Source of the DNA: Phoronis australis
Taxonomy: Eukaryota > Animalia > Phoronida
NCBI GenBank assembly: GCA_002633005.1
Contig: NMRA01000474.1
Location: 248,001 to 312,000 of the forward strand
DNA: 64,000 nucleotides
Direction of reading: 5' to 3'
Shown here: positions 51,701 to 64,000 of the stretch, piece by piece
Numbering within the stretch: position 1 is the stretch's first letter
Layout of the letters: every line of letters starts with the position of its first letter
Notes under the pieces: model-generated
What the model saw: only the letters and a program-made list of their open reading frames with translations
Told to the model about the DNA's origin: nothing
Database searches by the model: none
Position numbers and translations under genes: made by a program

Positions 51701-51773
51701 TGCTTACCACATAATATATCAGTTGTCGTTGGAATGGATCATCAATTTTAGAGAACAAGGTTACGTCGCTCAT
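39766..51773 (-). CDS. Ankyrin-repeat protein with C-terminal FAM111-like trypsin-fold serine protease, about 590 aa
   Basis: Exons: 51773-51708 (tentative start), ANK exons 51576-51481, 50919-50818, 50259-50161, 49604-49506, 48978-48877, cap 45109-45011, linker 44730-44502, protease 42891-42664, 40797-40475, 40104-39766. All junctions are GT-AG, in phase and free of stops. Triad motifs: GSGFRVGPDYVMTNKHV (His), DLDMAVLKL (Asp), FGKGSSGCP (Ser). It also has AGHPDG and the FAM111-type tail RSVEQGIRMEAIYDDI...EIF. Confidence 0.85.
41041..41718. other. Assembly gap (N run)
   Basis: 678 Ns flanked by G-runs, inside a protease-gene intron. Confidence 0.99.
43665..43965. mobile_element. hAT-like MITE in a protease-gene intron
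   Basis: G-rich left end (gcagatttagaggggg...ggggcccgcccc) and GATCCGCCACTG right end. Confidence 0.45.
45426..45612. repeat. ~62-bp tandem repeat x3
   Basis: Three near-identical copies of tgttagatggggttccagtcgggaggtgtactccataggattagcaaactgaggtatgaac. Confidence 0.9.
49485..51060. repeat. ~655-bp tandem segmental repeat (about 2.4 copies), each unit carrying one ankyrin exon
   Basis: aacctgtgtgtc.ttaattacctga starts at about 49486, 50140 and 50797, and the intervening sequence is near-identical. Confidence 0.95.
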
Positions 51774-54700
51774 GTAGAACGTTTGTTAGTTTCAGTAATA
51801 ATCCTCAGATTAAAGACATGACATGTTCTTTAAAAATATGGACACTTTTATAAAAGTCCGACTTACGACTGGTTGTAGCTAAGACAAGCTATCACTGTTA
51901 TTGTCATTAACGTGACCTTGATATTTAAACTTAAAAATTTATCATTTTAAGAGATCAATTTTTCGAGAGATCAAGGCAAAAGTATTGTTAGTGTATATGA
52001 AAACTGCAATTATATGGGTAAAGCTTACATGGTCGTCTGGTTTTCTTTAATTAGTAGGTCTACCCCAAACCAATCCCTGCTGGAGGCATGAATTGAAAAA
52101 CATGATCAAACTAATTTGTAAAGTCCAGTTTCACTTTTTTCCTGAGGTCCAAAATAATTTCTAACAAATTAAAGTCAGGAACAAACAGAAATAGAAGGAA
52201 GAGAGAAAATCAATATAGGGTAAATTCGCCATTGGCATAGGATATTATCAAAACGCAACTGAAGTATGAAGTTTTTCATGGAAAAAAATGCAGGGCAATC
52301 CTTGGTAAAGGGTCTGTTACTGGTCAGGAACTAAACACATTTCAACTTATAAATGGCATCCAACAAAATCCAAGCAGGCAAAACGTTCAGGAAAAGAATA
52401 AAGAGTTCTCTACAAATTAAACGCACGTTGAAACACATTTCACCAAAACCATTCTTCTTGTCAAGATTGCTGTTCAGAAATCCAATCAATCATTTGTCTC
52501 CCACAAATTGTTCTGCTATTCTTGAGACGACGTGACAGCGGTCTGGACAGGCGAAGCGTTGCTTTTAAAAAGAGCGCTTTTCCAGACAGTTTTCGCGTGT
52601 ACACGCGATAAATTGATACATTAGTCAGTTCTTGAATATATTTAAAGGGGCATTTAATAATCGCAAGGAACTAATTAAAGAGAGCGTGACTAACCAAATA
52701 AAAGGTGTTGCAATTTGTTTTTTTTAACTCTCGTTTGACCCTTTTACAATCAGACGTTCAAAATGGTGTTTCGGCGTTTATACAACTTTCTATATTGCAA
52801 CTAAAAATTTGAGATTTCTGCTGATTTACTTTATTCAACATTTCGCTTCAGAGTGGTGCGTAAAGAGGGAAATGTCAAAAATATATGGTCTCAGAGAATA
52901 TGCAACGCTACAATCACGGCTGATTTGATGACAAGCAAACAAGGAATACAAAAATTCAACAACTTGAACAAAAGCCGCAATTTCAGGTTGCGTCTCAAGT
53001 AGCCGAATGCCATTTGGATCCGACGGCCACTTGGACAAAATATAGAAAGAAATACGGATAGATAATGTGTACAATTGGAAAATATTGCGCGGTAGAACAA
53101 TAGCAGTCACCACAAAAAATACAACATGTTGCACTATCAAACAATTGAATACTAGAAAAATATCTGAATAAATCTTTAAAATTCCATTCTTTATATAAAA
53201 TCACCCAGTAGTACAATGCGTCACGTGTACACCAGTCCATCTATTAATAGAACAAAATCTGGAAATCAATAATTAGACGTACACTGGCACGTCAAAACTG
53301 TACTTCATTTCACTAAAATTTAAAAACTCGATACACGTTTGAGCAATAAAAATGTGGCCTGATTAAAATCAAGCAAGCGTCATTGCTATCATTTTAATTG
53401 TTTTGAGAAATATTTATTAAGCTCGCCGTATATTAGTGACGTTTAGAACAGAGCATCGAGATCAAATAACAAAATTAGGCCTACATGTAGGTCGCTTTCG
53501 CTTACATAACAAGTGCAATTCCCAGACACGACTGTTCTTTGGTGACCTGCTCTAAGGTAATATTCACTCGTAGTGATTAATTTCATAATCCACTTTCATC
53601 AACTGAATGCCCGTTAATCTTTTAAATACGGCAGCGCAACCATGACAAGAATGTTTCTATTTTAAAAATAAAGTTACATCGTTACCGTTAACTAACTGCT
53701 ACTATTGAATTCAGTCTCCACACGTCAGAATGATGCAATAATACTACTCTACACACCCAAATTCAATTGAAAGCTCAGGTTTTGACCTCTCGTGTCAAGT
53801 CAAACTGTGCGACCTGAAATTTCAAGCATAATGCGTGCTGAGTTTGTGTCTCTACACTTCTACCGACTGATACCTTGGAAATATGAAAAAACTCATGTGG
53901 GTCCGGCCATTAGTTAGTTGTTGCCAAAGCAAGTTCGAAAGAACACTAACACATGCTGTGAACAGACATGTATCGCGTGAACATGAAATAGTGCAGATTC
54001 GATCTTTAAATCGTTTCGTCGACTAGTATTTTTGACTACTTTTGAAAATTTTCGGATGCGCCTAAGAAAGTTCTGCACCCCGGAAGAACAATTTAAAAAA
54101 CGGTACAAAACAGCAATGTTTCCAATAATTCTGAAACGATCAACGTAACTAGCGTTGTGGTGAAAAACATATCAATTTTTCTTGTAAAATGTCCAAATTA
54201 TCGAATTAAAATATCCCAGGTCCTATCGCATTTTTAAAACTGCTTGGTCAAGTTATTTACGCGCACGGTCGTGGTCCCACCAGAGAATCATTATTCGGAA
54301 TATTCGCGTACAGCAAGCGATTTTTTTTGCTCCCCGGGTACATTGTAGTCAGCCGACTACAAATACGTCACTGATCTTTACTGGTGTAAAACTCGCTTGG
54401 AAGGAATACTGTTCCGAATGAAACATCAGCCAAAGGAAATTAGAATTGCGGGTGTCTAAAAAGCTGTAAGTATTAACGATATCCAGGCATTTACGCTTTG
54501 CTGGTGTGCGACGCACAAAAATATAGTATTACAAAAGTTCTTGCTACTGCAATCAATTCTCAGTTCGGCAATCATTCACAACAACGGCAACACTCAAATT
54601 TGCGCCAAATTCCATATCTTTGAAATTTTTCGGAACAAGCGCGCACTGCTCTACTAATCGCAACCCATAACATTTGAAAAACTTCAATAAAACGCCAACA

Positions 54701-57700
54701 GCTCTGGCAAGCGCCCAACCGTTGTTTGACTCACTAAAATTGGTTTTCAAAACTGCATAATGCGAAGTAACCCTAGCAACATGCATGCTGGGGTCATGTG
54801 TCGTTTTGAGTCTACCTATTTTGTGGAATAATTATGTGACACGTACAGTGTATTTCTCGTGCTCAGGAAACAAATCTAATTACCCGATAATGGAAACCCG
54901 CACGGAATGGTTACTATTTGGAAGCTAGTTATGATATGAAAAACTAATGTCTGAAAACGTAAACAGTATAAGCCACATAAATGTTGTAGTGATATTTGAA
55001 CTGAATTGGTCCTGATGATCGATCCGTTGGTTTGACAATTGTTGTCATTTTAAGAAATTGAACCAAAAGTAATACAAATTCTGTCCCAAATCGATAACGT
55101 TAAATGCACAATACGTCATTCGGCTAGGAAAAATTTAAGCGGTTTTGTTTATCGACAGGATTTTTCAATCGTGTGAGTCGCAAAATTTGAAGAGCAAACA
55201 AATTGAAGAAGCTTGCACTCATAGTTACAGGGTATATCTTTGCTTTTTAACGACTTTGATGACAGTCATACCGTAGATCAATAACAAAAGAGTCCTGGAT
55301 ATTTTTTCAATGAATATTTTGTTCAAGTTTACGGTCAATACTTGCTTACCGGAAAGCACGTGGCTGTTTTAGAGCACGGATTCAATTTTCACGTAGGCTT
55401 GCGACAAGTACTTAGAACTTGCAAAAGGATGTGTCATAGCATGGCAGATGTATAAAGCCCTTACGGGAACGTCAGGCAGCACAGATTTGATTTGCATTGC
55501 AACATGCGCATCCAGGGCTTTTCAATAGCTGTAGAGAAAAACAATTTCATAAAACATTAAGAATTCAATCTCGCGGCCTAAAATTCGGGAATACCTACAT
55601 CAGAGGAAAAGGCAATATTTAAATATTTTCTCCATTGGCTAGAATCAATTTGGCGCATACAATTTGTGGGTAATTTTTGCGAGCTGGAATTCGTGTAGGG
55701 AGCTAGAAATTTGGTTTCAAAGGTAGCAAAATGCAATTGTAAGGCGAGTTATCATTATCTTTGCTTCTACCATGACCAAAATGTTACGTACTGTCTAAGA
55801 ATTTGAACAATTGCTTGGATAAAAAAAATTGAACAAATGATACACCAAAAACAAGCAAAAACAAGCAAAAACAATGCTTTTACTCATGCCCTAAAGCAAA
55901 TAACCCAGAATATTAGACTTTGACCTAATACTAGAGTATCAAAACATAGTTTTTATTCCTTTACTGTGAAGCATCTACACACCGTGTATGGTTGTGGTAT
56001 CTGTGAATGAGATCTAACATGAATTTACCCCACAAGACTTGATCACTGTGGATTAACAAAAGTTTTCCTTATCCAAGTACGTTTTAGTTAGTTTTTTAAA
56101 TAAATGCGATAATGGTTATGTTCAATCCACCCATATCATATACAAAACTGACGCCACCTTTCTAAGCAGAATCAGGTGAAGAACGGACACTGTGAAAAAA
56201 GACACACCAACTTTTGTATTAACAAAACATACAACCATAACACTACTGGGTACCGGTAGCAGCATTTTAGACCAACAAGCAGTTGCTTTATCAATACTGC
56301 AAATAATATCATATCACCTTGAGCACTGAATTTTAAAAGTGCACTAATTCGCACTATAACGTAACTTACGGTCCGTAGGCGCTACGTTTAAATGCCAAAA
56401 GGCGGTTGGCTGCGCTTACGTGCGCTAACACCCAACTACAGCACTAAATTAGACACAGGGTGCCTTGTCTGCATCTGTGGTCAATTGGAAAAAAATCAGA
56501 AAAAAACATGTAGGATACAAAGCTTTGAAATTTCTTACAGTAATTCAAATCACCTTCTAATAGTGTTTCCAAAGTTCACAACATAAAAATGAATCATTTT
56601 TCACAGTCCGATTTGTACCAGTAGTCCAAGCGTATCTTGTTGAATAAATAATACATTGTATTATTATCTCATATAAAATGAGGCATGTATTTTCCCCAAT
56701 AAAACTCGTTCAGCAACAACACCTGAAAAACTTAGGTCTATTAATTTAAGAGAGAACTGACAATTATCAACTTATCACGATACTCTTTTTAGGAATAACT
56801 CAAGATAAAGTTTGACTGATTCTCTGAGTCCCTTGTTTTGTTAGCTTACAGTGCTCCGTTAACAAAAGTTCCAATACATTGGAATCCATTGTATGCAAGA
56901 TTTCACATTTCCAAAACATCTCCTACTTCCTACACAATTATTTCCCGGTCCATTTTTTTCGAACTTCATGTGATTTTGGAAGGACAGTTGCCGATGGGGT
57001 TGTCTACGCACCTGTTGAACCCCCTTGGCTACAGTAATGACCCTTAGTAGGCTCATCTCATACTAGTCCTTGTTCGACGCACAACTAACATTGGTCAGCA
57101 AGATCGCACAAATTAATGAAGCCTAGTAAGCTATATCAAGCTTTCACTGAACGCTATACAGCACATTATGCTCCACGAACTCAGTTTGCGTACGCACACG
57201 TTGAAACAAATTTTACCTAAAATAACATCTTTTTCTGTTCAAGATCTCTATCCAGTCAATGATGTCGACACAAATGCATACCCTAAATTTTTAATGTACG
57301 CAGTTCAGTGAATTGAAACGGAATGACCAATCGCAATTTCAAAAAAGCAGCGCTTTGCTGCCAGGCATCGATACATTGGCATTCATCGATCACGAAGAAA
57401 TTCTAATAATTATTTGGGTGCACAGTTACGATAGGGCCTTTTTAAAAGTATTTTCTAATATGCAGGACCTAAGTTTCAGACTGAAGCTGAAAATAATTAT
57501 TCATCTGAAGTACCGTAATATGAATTACATGCATGTATAGTGTACTACGAATTTCACAAAAATGCTAGAAAATCCCAGCAATTAAAAATGACGTCATTGT
57601 GAGCACCAGATTCAGGATGAGCGAATCTAAGGGACCTCGGTCACGCAAGCGCAGTGGCCTTGAAGAAAGATTTGTTGACAGATTTTTTATAAATTACCTT

Positions 57701-58064
57701 CAGGTTTATCTCAGGATATGTTCAAATTCTGTCTGATATATTTTTTATCAGTTAGACGGAAATCCCGAAAAATTTTCCAAACGTCTTAGCGGACTGTGCC
57801 GTTACACCAAAAGGAATGCCGATAAGTTTCTTATTTTACATTTATTTGACGGTCACGTTTGCAAGTGTCTATGGTTCATACACACTGCTCGAAATTTCAA
57901 CTATATAAGCACGATGTTATTACTTTTTCCAAGCGTAATATTTGCACAGTTGTTATTTGAAACGCGCCGGTGAAACGTATATTTGCCTCTTATTATTTTA
58001 ACGAACAATTCCCCAAGTGGTGCGCGTTAAAACCAGCATTCAATATATTAACGAGATAAATTAA

Positions 58065-61000
58065 CCCTTTCATCAAATCAGTTGGTCTATATCATGTCAT
58101 GTACTTGAAACTGGTTAATTTTGGATGGGTTTTTCAATATCTTCAAAATTGGTTGCATTCTGATTTTTTCGTATTTGCTCGACCTATGTTAATATGCTTG
58201 TGCAATGATATTATATCGTGGTTGCAGAATGGTTTGAGACAACTGTTGTGTCATTGCTTTACCAGAGTGATAATAAAATCTTACTTAAATGACAGACAGA
58301 GCATCTACTATGCTGAAGAATGGGATACCGTAGCAGGAGGTCGCGTCACCTAGGGGGAACTCTTATAACGAAACTGCATTTTAGGAATGAACCAGTTGTG
58401 CATGAAAGAAATTGGAAATTAATACGCCCAGATCTTGAATGCAGCAAACCGGAACACTATTATCTACGACAACAAAAGTGATTGCACCGACTATGTAACG
58501 AATAGAATAAGTAAAATAACATAAAAGATGTGCCTCGATCCGCCGAACACTCAGTTATTCAACGAAATTCCACTAACAGGAACCTATCCTACTATTTGAA
58601 ACTTGGATTATGGTACCCAATTAGCAAACAATTGAGAATCACTGCTGTGCTGTAACACTTCAAAATTCTTTCTTTAAATTGGGCATTGAATGAAATGTAC
58701 AATTGCATCACTTTCTATAAATTGCAATAAATTACCAACTTCGCCTTGACTTGATGAATGAGAAGAGTACCGTCTCTCACCTGTACGAAACTGTTCACGG
58801 GATACGATAATAATATGGAAAATGGGTATAATGTTAGATAATCAATCCGCGTTTGACACAGTTTCACAAGACCCCTTCTTGTACAAAGTTTTCTCTTATC
58901 CAATATCGGACACTCTGCACACACTCCGCACTTTATACTTGTAAATTAACTCTATCCATCCAATCGGGTAGTAGGACTAGACAGTGTGTTTTCAAAACCC
59001 TCACTCCCCGTCTTTGTTTACGTAGGGGTATCGAAAGCTGATGTCCTATTTCTACTCTTCATCAATCATGACAGACATGAGCTCCAAAACCATCCATGAC
59101 ATAATCAATGGTAAAACGTCTGATACAGCCGAATTTTATACAAATCTCAAAAACATCCCAAAAGCCTTTCTTTCCAACTACAGTTGAAACTTGGTTCCAC
59201 TCAGGGCTCGTAATAAGCACATGGAAGCTTCAAGGCTGAGATAAAGTGTTGATCTTACATTTTCTAGATGCCTCCATTTCAAACTAACACAATCTTTATC
59301 TGAATCCGCATGGTGAAATTATTCCCCAAAACATTTGTAAAGAAATCTAGTCATGATAGTTGATGATGAAATGTCATTTGAACCACAGTGTCAAATCCGT
59401 GTGCAAAAAAATCAAATTCTAATCAACCTACTGAAATTCGTTCATGCAAGTTTCAAATCGTTTGGTACCTACAAACGATTTGAACATTTTGACTATGGTG
59501 AGATAATCCACCAAGTCGTGTAGATAGTGCGAGACCTTTGCTTGAGCTACACAAAGTATCATAAAAAGCTTGCAATAACCAATGCTGGTGTCATGAAAGG
59601 GTCTAACACAGTAAGTGGTCCAAAATGTCATTGTGTTGAAAGGTATTAGCAGCTCAAGTTCTTAACAAAGTAAAGAATGTATTACGAAATACAAAAGTCA
59701 AAAACATCACTCGATCTAGGTACAGTTCAAGAACGCTAGTACATGCTATGCCCTTCGCGAGATTACGCCGTGTATTTTAAACAAGACCATGTGAATTTGG
59801 ACAGTTTTTCCAACCCGCAAAACAGCTACACTGAGAACTCTACTAGGGTTTCTCTTGTCGCACATTTTTCTTATTTCCACCATCTTACAGTCGAGCAACT
59901 AGTAAATCCACAATTACCAAGGCATAGATGCAGGTCACATCCTCTCATAAAAATGATATGCCGTAATTAAAATTTCATTTTCACAAATGCTTTTGCGAAA
60001 AGAATAAAATTATTCTTCCTACAGTCGTATACCGCCGTACAATAACAAAGGAAATCTGTCAACAGATTTAGGTCAAGATTATTGCTAAACTCTGAAAAAT
60101 TCAGACACACTTTTCAAAATATGTCTTCCCGGTGCGCCTGCGGATCTGTCCAAATTGGTCTGTTTCTAATGCTTTCGTAGATCGTTTGCGTGATCCTTGT
60201 TGCGGATCCTGGAGACGGTCGACGATATAACAGATAAAATTAATAGTATTCCACGGCAGATTGGTAAATACATCTTGTTAGTAACTGATTCTCATGACTA
60301 GCCCAATGGCGTCTATTAAGTGCTACTTAGTCAATTTCTCTATAGTATGTAACCTGTCTTATAATTGCTGTTCGTAGGACTCGGTCATGATTTCATTGTA
60401 TTTTTCTCACCGACATACGTGTGCTGTTAAGGCAAGTTAAGAAAAAACGTCTGTTTTATATCTAAACTTCCGTAGCTATACATGTACTTGTATGTGAACA
60501 TTTTGTTATTACTGTTTTGTATTGTTACCACGATTTTGACATGTCGCTTTGGTTAACAGTTTACAGTGTTCATACATGTATATACTATTCAACATAAAAT
60601 TAGGAAGGCAATGCCAATCGTGATGAAGTTCTTAAGACAATGGATGTGTAGAATTGTTTTTAACAAGGTGCATTTCAAGTCAATGATGATCAGACAAGTG
60701 TTCATGTGTAAATACTCACCGACCGACCCAGCGCTTGGTCCACATCCCAACCACGGTTTACATACTCCAGTAGAGTAGAACAGTCACCTTTTTTGGCGGC
60801 TGTTCTAACCTGAAAATAATAACAAATAAATTTTAAATCGAATGGTGTACATTCATTACCATTACGAACTCAATTTTACAAAAAAGTGCTCCTTAGATGA
60901 TATGAACATTGAGGGACTAGGGTCGGGGTTGTTCCTGGGTCTTGATAATGCAGACCATATGAAATACTCTTCGCAAATTTTGGCTCTTGTTCATATTAAA

Positions 61001-63285
61001 GCTTCCTAATAACCACACATTTATACCAACTTTATGAACGAGAAACACCACAAGTGTCGTCCTCTTCCTTCTGACCCGTTGTTGATTGTGTCCACGTTGA
61101 CCTTTTTTCCATTTTGACCTACATCGTACCGTGACCATTTTACCATCAATATCATTTCAACCTCTTATTATGTTTAAGTTCAGTTGTCCAAAACGTGCTG
61201 CAATCTGCAGTAATCTGCCCCCTCAAACATTGTTTGGATAAGGTATGAGTATCATTTAGGGTGTATAGTCTGGAGTTAATAATTATTTGTTCATCAACGT
61301 AGTGTCTCCCAGTGTTTGCTCATTGAGGCATCGGCTAGGATGTATGTATTGGGATTTTCGTTGCGTCATCTCAAGAACGTGCAATAGCGAAGGAAGACAT
61401 GTCGGATGGAAGGACAAAGGTGATGTTGTCTCAAACTTCTCCGCATTTAGTGTTCGCTAAGATACTCATTTCTTATTACCCAATTATTGCTCTGATCTGG
61501 AATTTCGCTGTTTGACGTTTACCTCCCATTTCGATTCGTACGTTTTGTGAATGACTGTAGGCACATAATAGTCGATAACTTCCCATATAACGTAAAATTC
61601 GATATAAAAGCAGTGAGATGTAACTTGGTGTACCTTTTGTACCATAGGTTGTCTGCACTTCATTTTTGTACATTTTTGCAAACTTGCTTTTAACGTTACT
61701 CCATTCAAGGTGATTTTTAGTCTATCGAATATTACACATTTATTTACTGTGGTTCCTGTACTTTTGTTTGAATTCTTCCATACTATTTCCGTTATTAACT
61801 ATCATTGTTAATAAGTAACATTTACCAACCTGGCCCTCGCCTTTTTACTGAGAACTAAATTCAGATAACACCACTATTATTTCTGAATCAAATTTAAAAA
61901 ATCGTTGATCAATGCTGATGTAAAAAAATAAGTTGTCTTTGTTGGGCACATCAAGATTAATTACATTCCCTCAGAATATATTTTCCAATGAAGACGACTT
62001 CACTAGCTGTAACATTTACGGCACATTCTCACTTCTCCGAGTTTATTCATAGTCTGAATGAGTATCATGCAAACAATACATACAGCATTGGTTCCTGGGA
62101 GACGTGAATTTATATTGTGATAATGAATAATTGAACTCAATCTTGCACCTTGTAGCATGACTATAACTTTATCTTAACACTCTTCTTCAACATACGTACA
62201 CCACTCAGATGATGAACAGACATACAGTTGGCACACCATCAGGTTCTACCCTTTGTTTCGAGAGTCAATCATAGGACTTATCGTGTTATCTCGGTAAGTT
62301 TTGACAAGTTACCTCAAGAGGGCGCTCCAGGTATCATTTGACTAGATTACATCCAAAGTTGAAATCCAGCGCTATAAATGAGATCTATTTAACAATGGTT
62401 ATACAAATTCTTTGTTGATAACCAAACAAAGAAAAGGGCAAAGTGAGCGTGTTAGTCGGTACCTGAAGGTCACGTGGTTCAAGCGAAAGCCAAGTGTTCG
62501 GTCAATGGCATGACAAGATTTTTTTACCAAAATTAAGACAGAAAAAATACATATTTGCTGAAGAAAAGTACAATAATAAAGTTCCAATTTAAGAATTTTA
62601 GCGGAGCGTTCGGTTCAGGTTGTTTGTGTGATAACGCCGTGTTGTAAACTACAAGATTGTCTTTTGTACATCGTTCCTAGAACGAGCGTATCATAAAATC
62701 AAGAATGAGACATTTCTTTACTGAAGTGAACGAGCAAGAATACGAAAAGAGCGCAACCTTTTCTTTGAAAAAAGCAGTACTTGTTGGTGGTTGCGAGAAT
62801 TCACTTCACGTGTCGCTCAGGTGATATTTTCCTAACCACCAGCGGCTAAACCACAATCAAGGTCCATATTCGAGAAGTGACTGTGTTACGGTATAAAATA
62901 ATTTTGTCTGGTCACTTACCAAATGTCAACTGAATCTCATATGCAAAGAGTTATTTAGTTGTGCAAATTGAAAAAATAATCATCAAAATTGGACAATGTT
63001 TGAGAAATGCATGCTTGCTTTTGTCTATGAATTCCATGCATTTTCAGCGTTACGAGTGGCCATTTTAAAAATTGCAATTTTCAACTGTCAGCAGTAGAAA
63101 GGAAATTTATTTTAATAAGCAAGTAATTGTTTTGACATGACTGGGAATGACTTAAGTCAATTTCGAAATCACTTGGACGAAGTTGCGCTAAATCGTTGAG
63201 AAATGATGGAGTTCATCATAAAACAGGCACTGGTTACGAAAATTGTGATATCGGCGATTCTAACCCCCACCTACTGTAAAGAGGG
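58065..63285 (-). mobile_element. Heavily decayed piggyBac-like transposon
   Basis: TTAA|CCCT at 58061-58068 and AGGG|TTAA at 63282-63289, although the TIRs diverge after a few bases. Minus-strand scraps include RLDG..F..KCGVCAE...TRRG..KLC (Cys-rich tail, about 58850-58970), VRPF..GY..LFM (about 59560-59620) and LLYWS (about 60765). Confidence 0.45.
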
Positions 63286-63439
63286 TTAAAAACTAAAGTT
63301 CACATTCTGTAATACAAAGAACTGTAGAATAAGTTAGCCAAGGCAACACAGCAAATTATTCAATATCTAAACAAACCAAAAGTTTGGATATTTACTGGGT
63401 TCTGCTATGGTGAAAATGGGCCAAAAAGGCTAACAAAGT

Positions 63440-63980
63440 GTAGTGTACGTACCCCCATGTAGAATTCAATAACACAAATGGTCATTGCAAATGAAATTAT
63501 TGCCTTTTAAATAACAACATGGTGGTTATTATCACCAAAGAAAAAATAATTGGCCATACAACATTATGTTACCATGTGACGCAGAAACAGTGATGTAGTG
63601 TATGTACCCCGTTTTGTAGCGTATGTACCCCCATGTTTACAAATGTCATGAAATTAAAATATCACTTGGAAAGTAAGCAACATTGGTCATGGACAGTTTC
63701 CTTCCTTAAACATGTTAGGTTAAAAGGGTGTTTATTGCAAATACATTTGTTTTGAGTGAAATATTAGCATTTCTGTAGTGTACATAACCCCATATTTCAA
63801 TTTGTGCCCATTTTCAAAGTATGGCAAATATGGGTATTAATGCTGTGCTTTTTATTTTTTCTCTTTGAATTGATTAAGTAAATCAACTAACTCTCAGTAG
63901 ATTCTTAGTACATAGTCATAAACCTGACATGTCATTGAAAGGTAGTGTACGTACCCCTGTGTAGCGTACGTAACCCGGTG
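63440..63980. repeat. Dispersed gtagtgtacgtacccc motif copies, probably subterminal repeats of a DNA transposon running off the window
   Basis: Motif variants at about 63440, 63596, 63616, 63775, 63942 and 63961. Confidence 0.55.
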
Positions 63981-64000
63981 TGAACAAATACCGTGAAACA

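Overview
Intron-rich, AT-rich eukaryotic DNA, most likely from an invertebrate animal; the species cannot be determined from the sequence. There is one N-gap at 41041-41718. The left part holds two housekeeping genes head-to-head: endonuclease G (minus strand, 4 coding exons, about 324 aa) and TFIIB (plus strand, 10 coding exons, about 320 aa). Both were assembled by hand with consistent GT-AG junctions and phases. The rest is a transposon-rich region with a tail-to-tail pair of THAP-bearing TTAA (Kolobok-like) elements, Gypsy and DIRS relics, an Academ element, a decayed piggyBac, MITEs and minisatellites. Two genes there are largely invisible in the ORF track. One is a two-coding-exon CS-alpha-beta defensin-like prepropeptide (29948-32034, plus). 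The other is a minus-strand gene fusing single-exon ankyrin repeats to an intact FAM111-like trypsin-fold serine protease (39766 to about 51773). Three of its ankyrin exons lie in a recent ~655-bp tandem amplification and differ only by amino-acid-changing substitutions, mostly at binding-surface positions, which suggests a diversifying sensor-protease. All family assignments come from motif recognition, not database searches.
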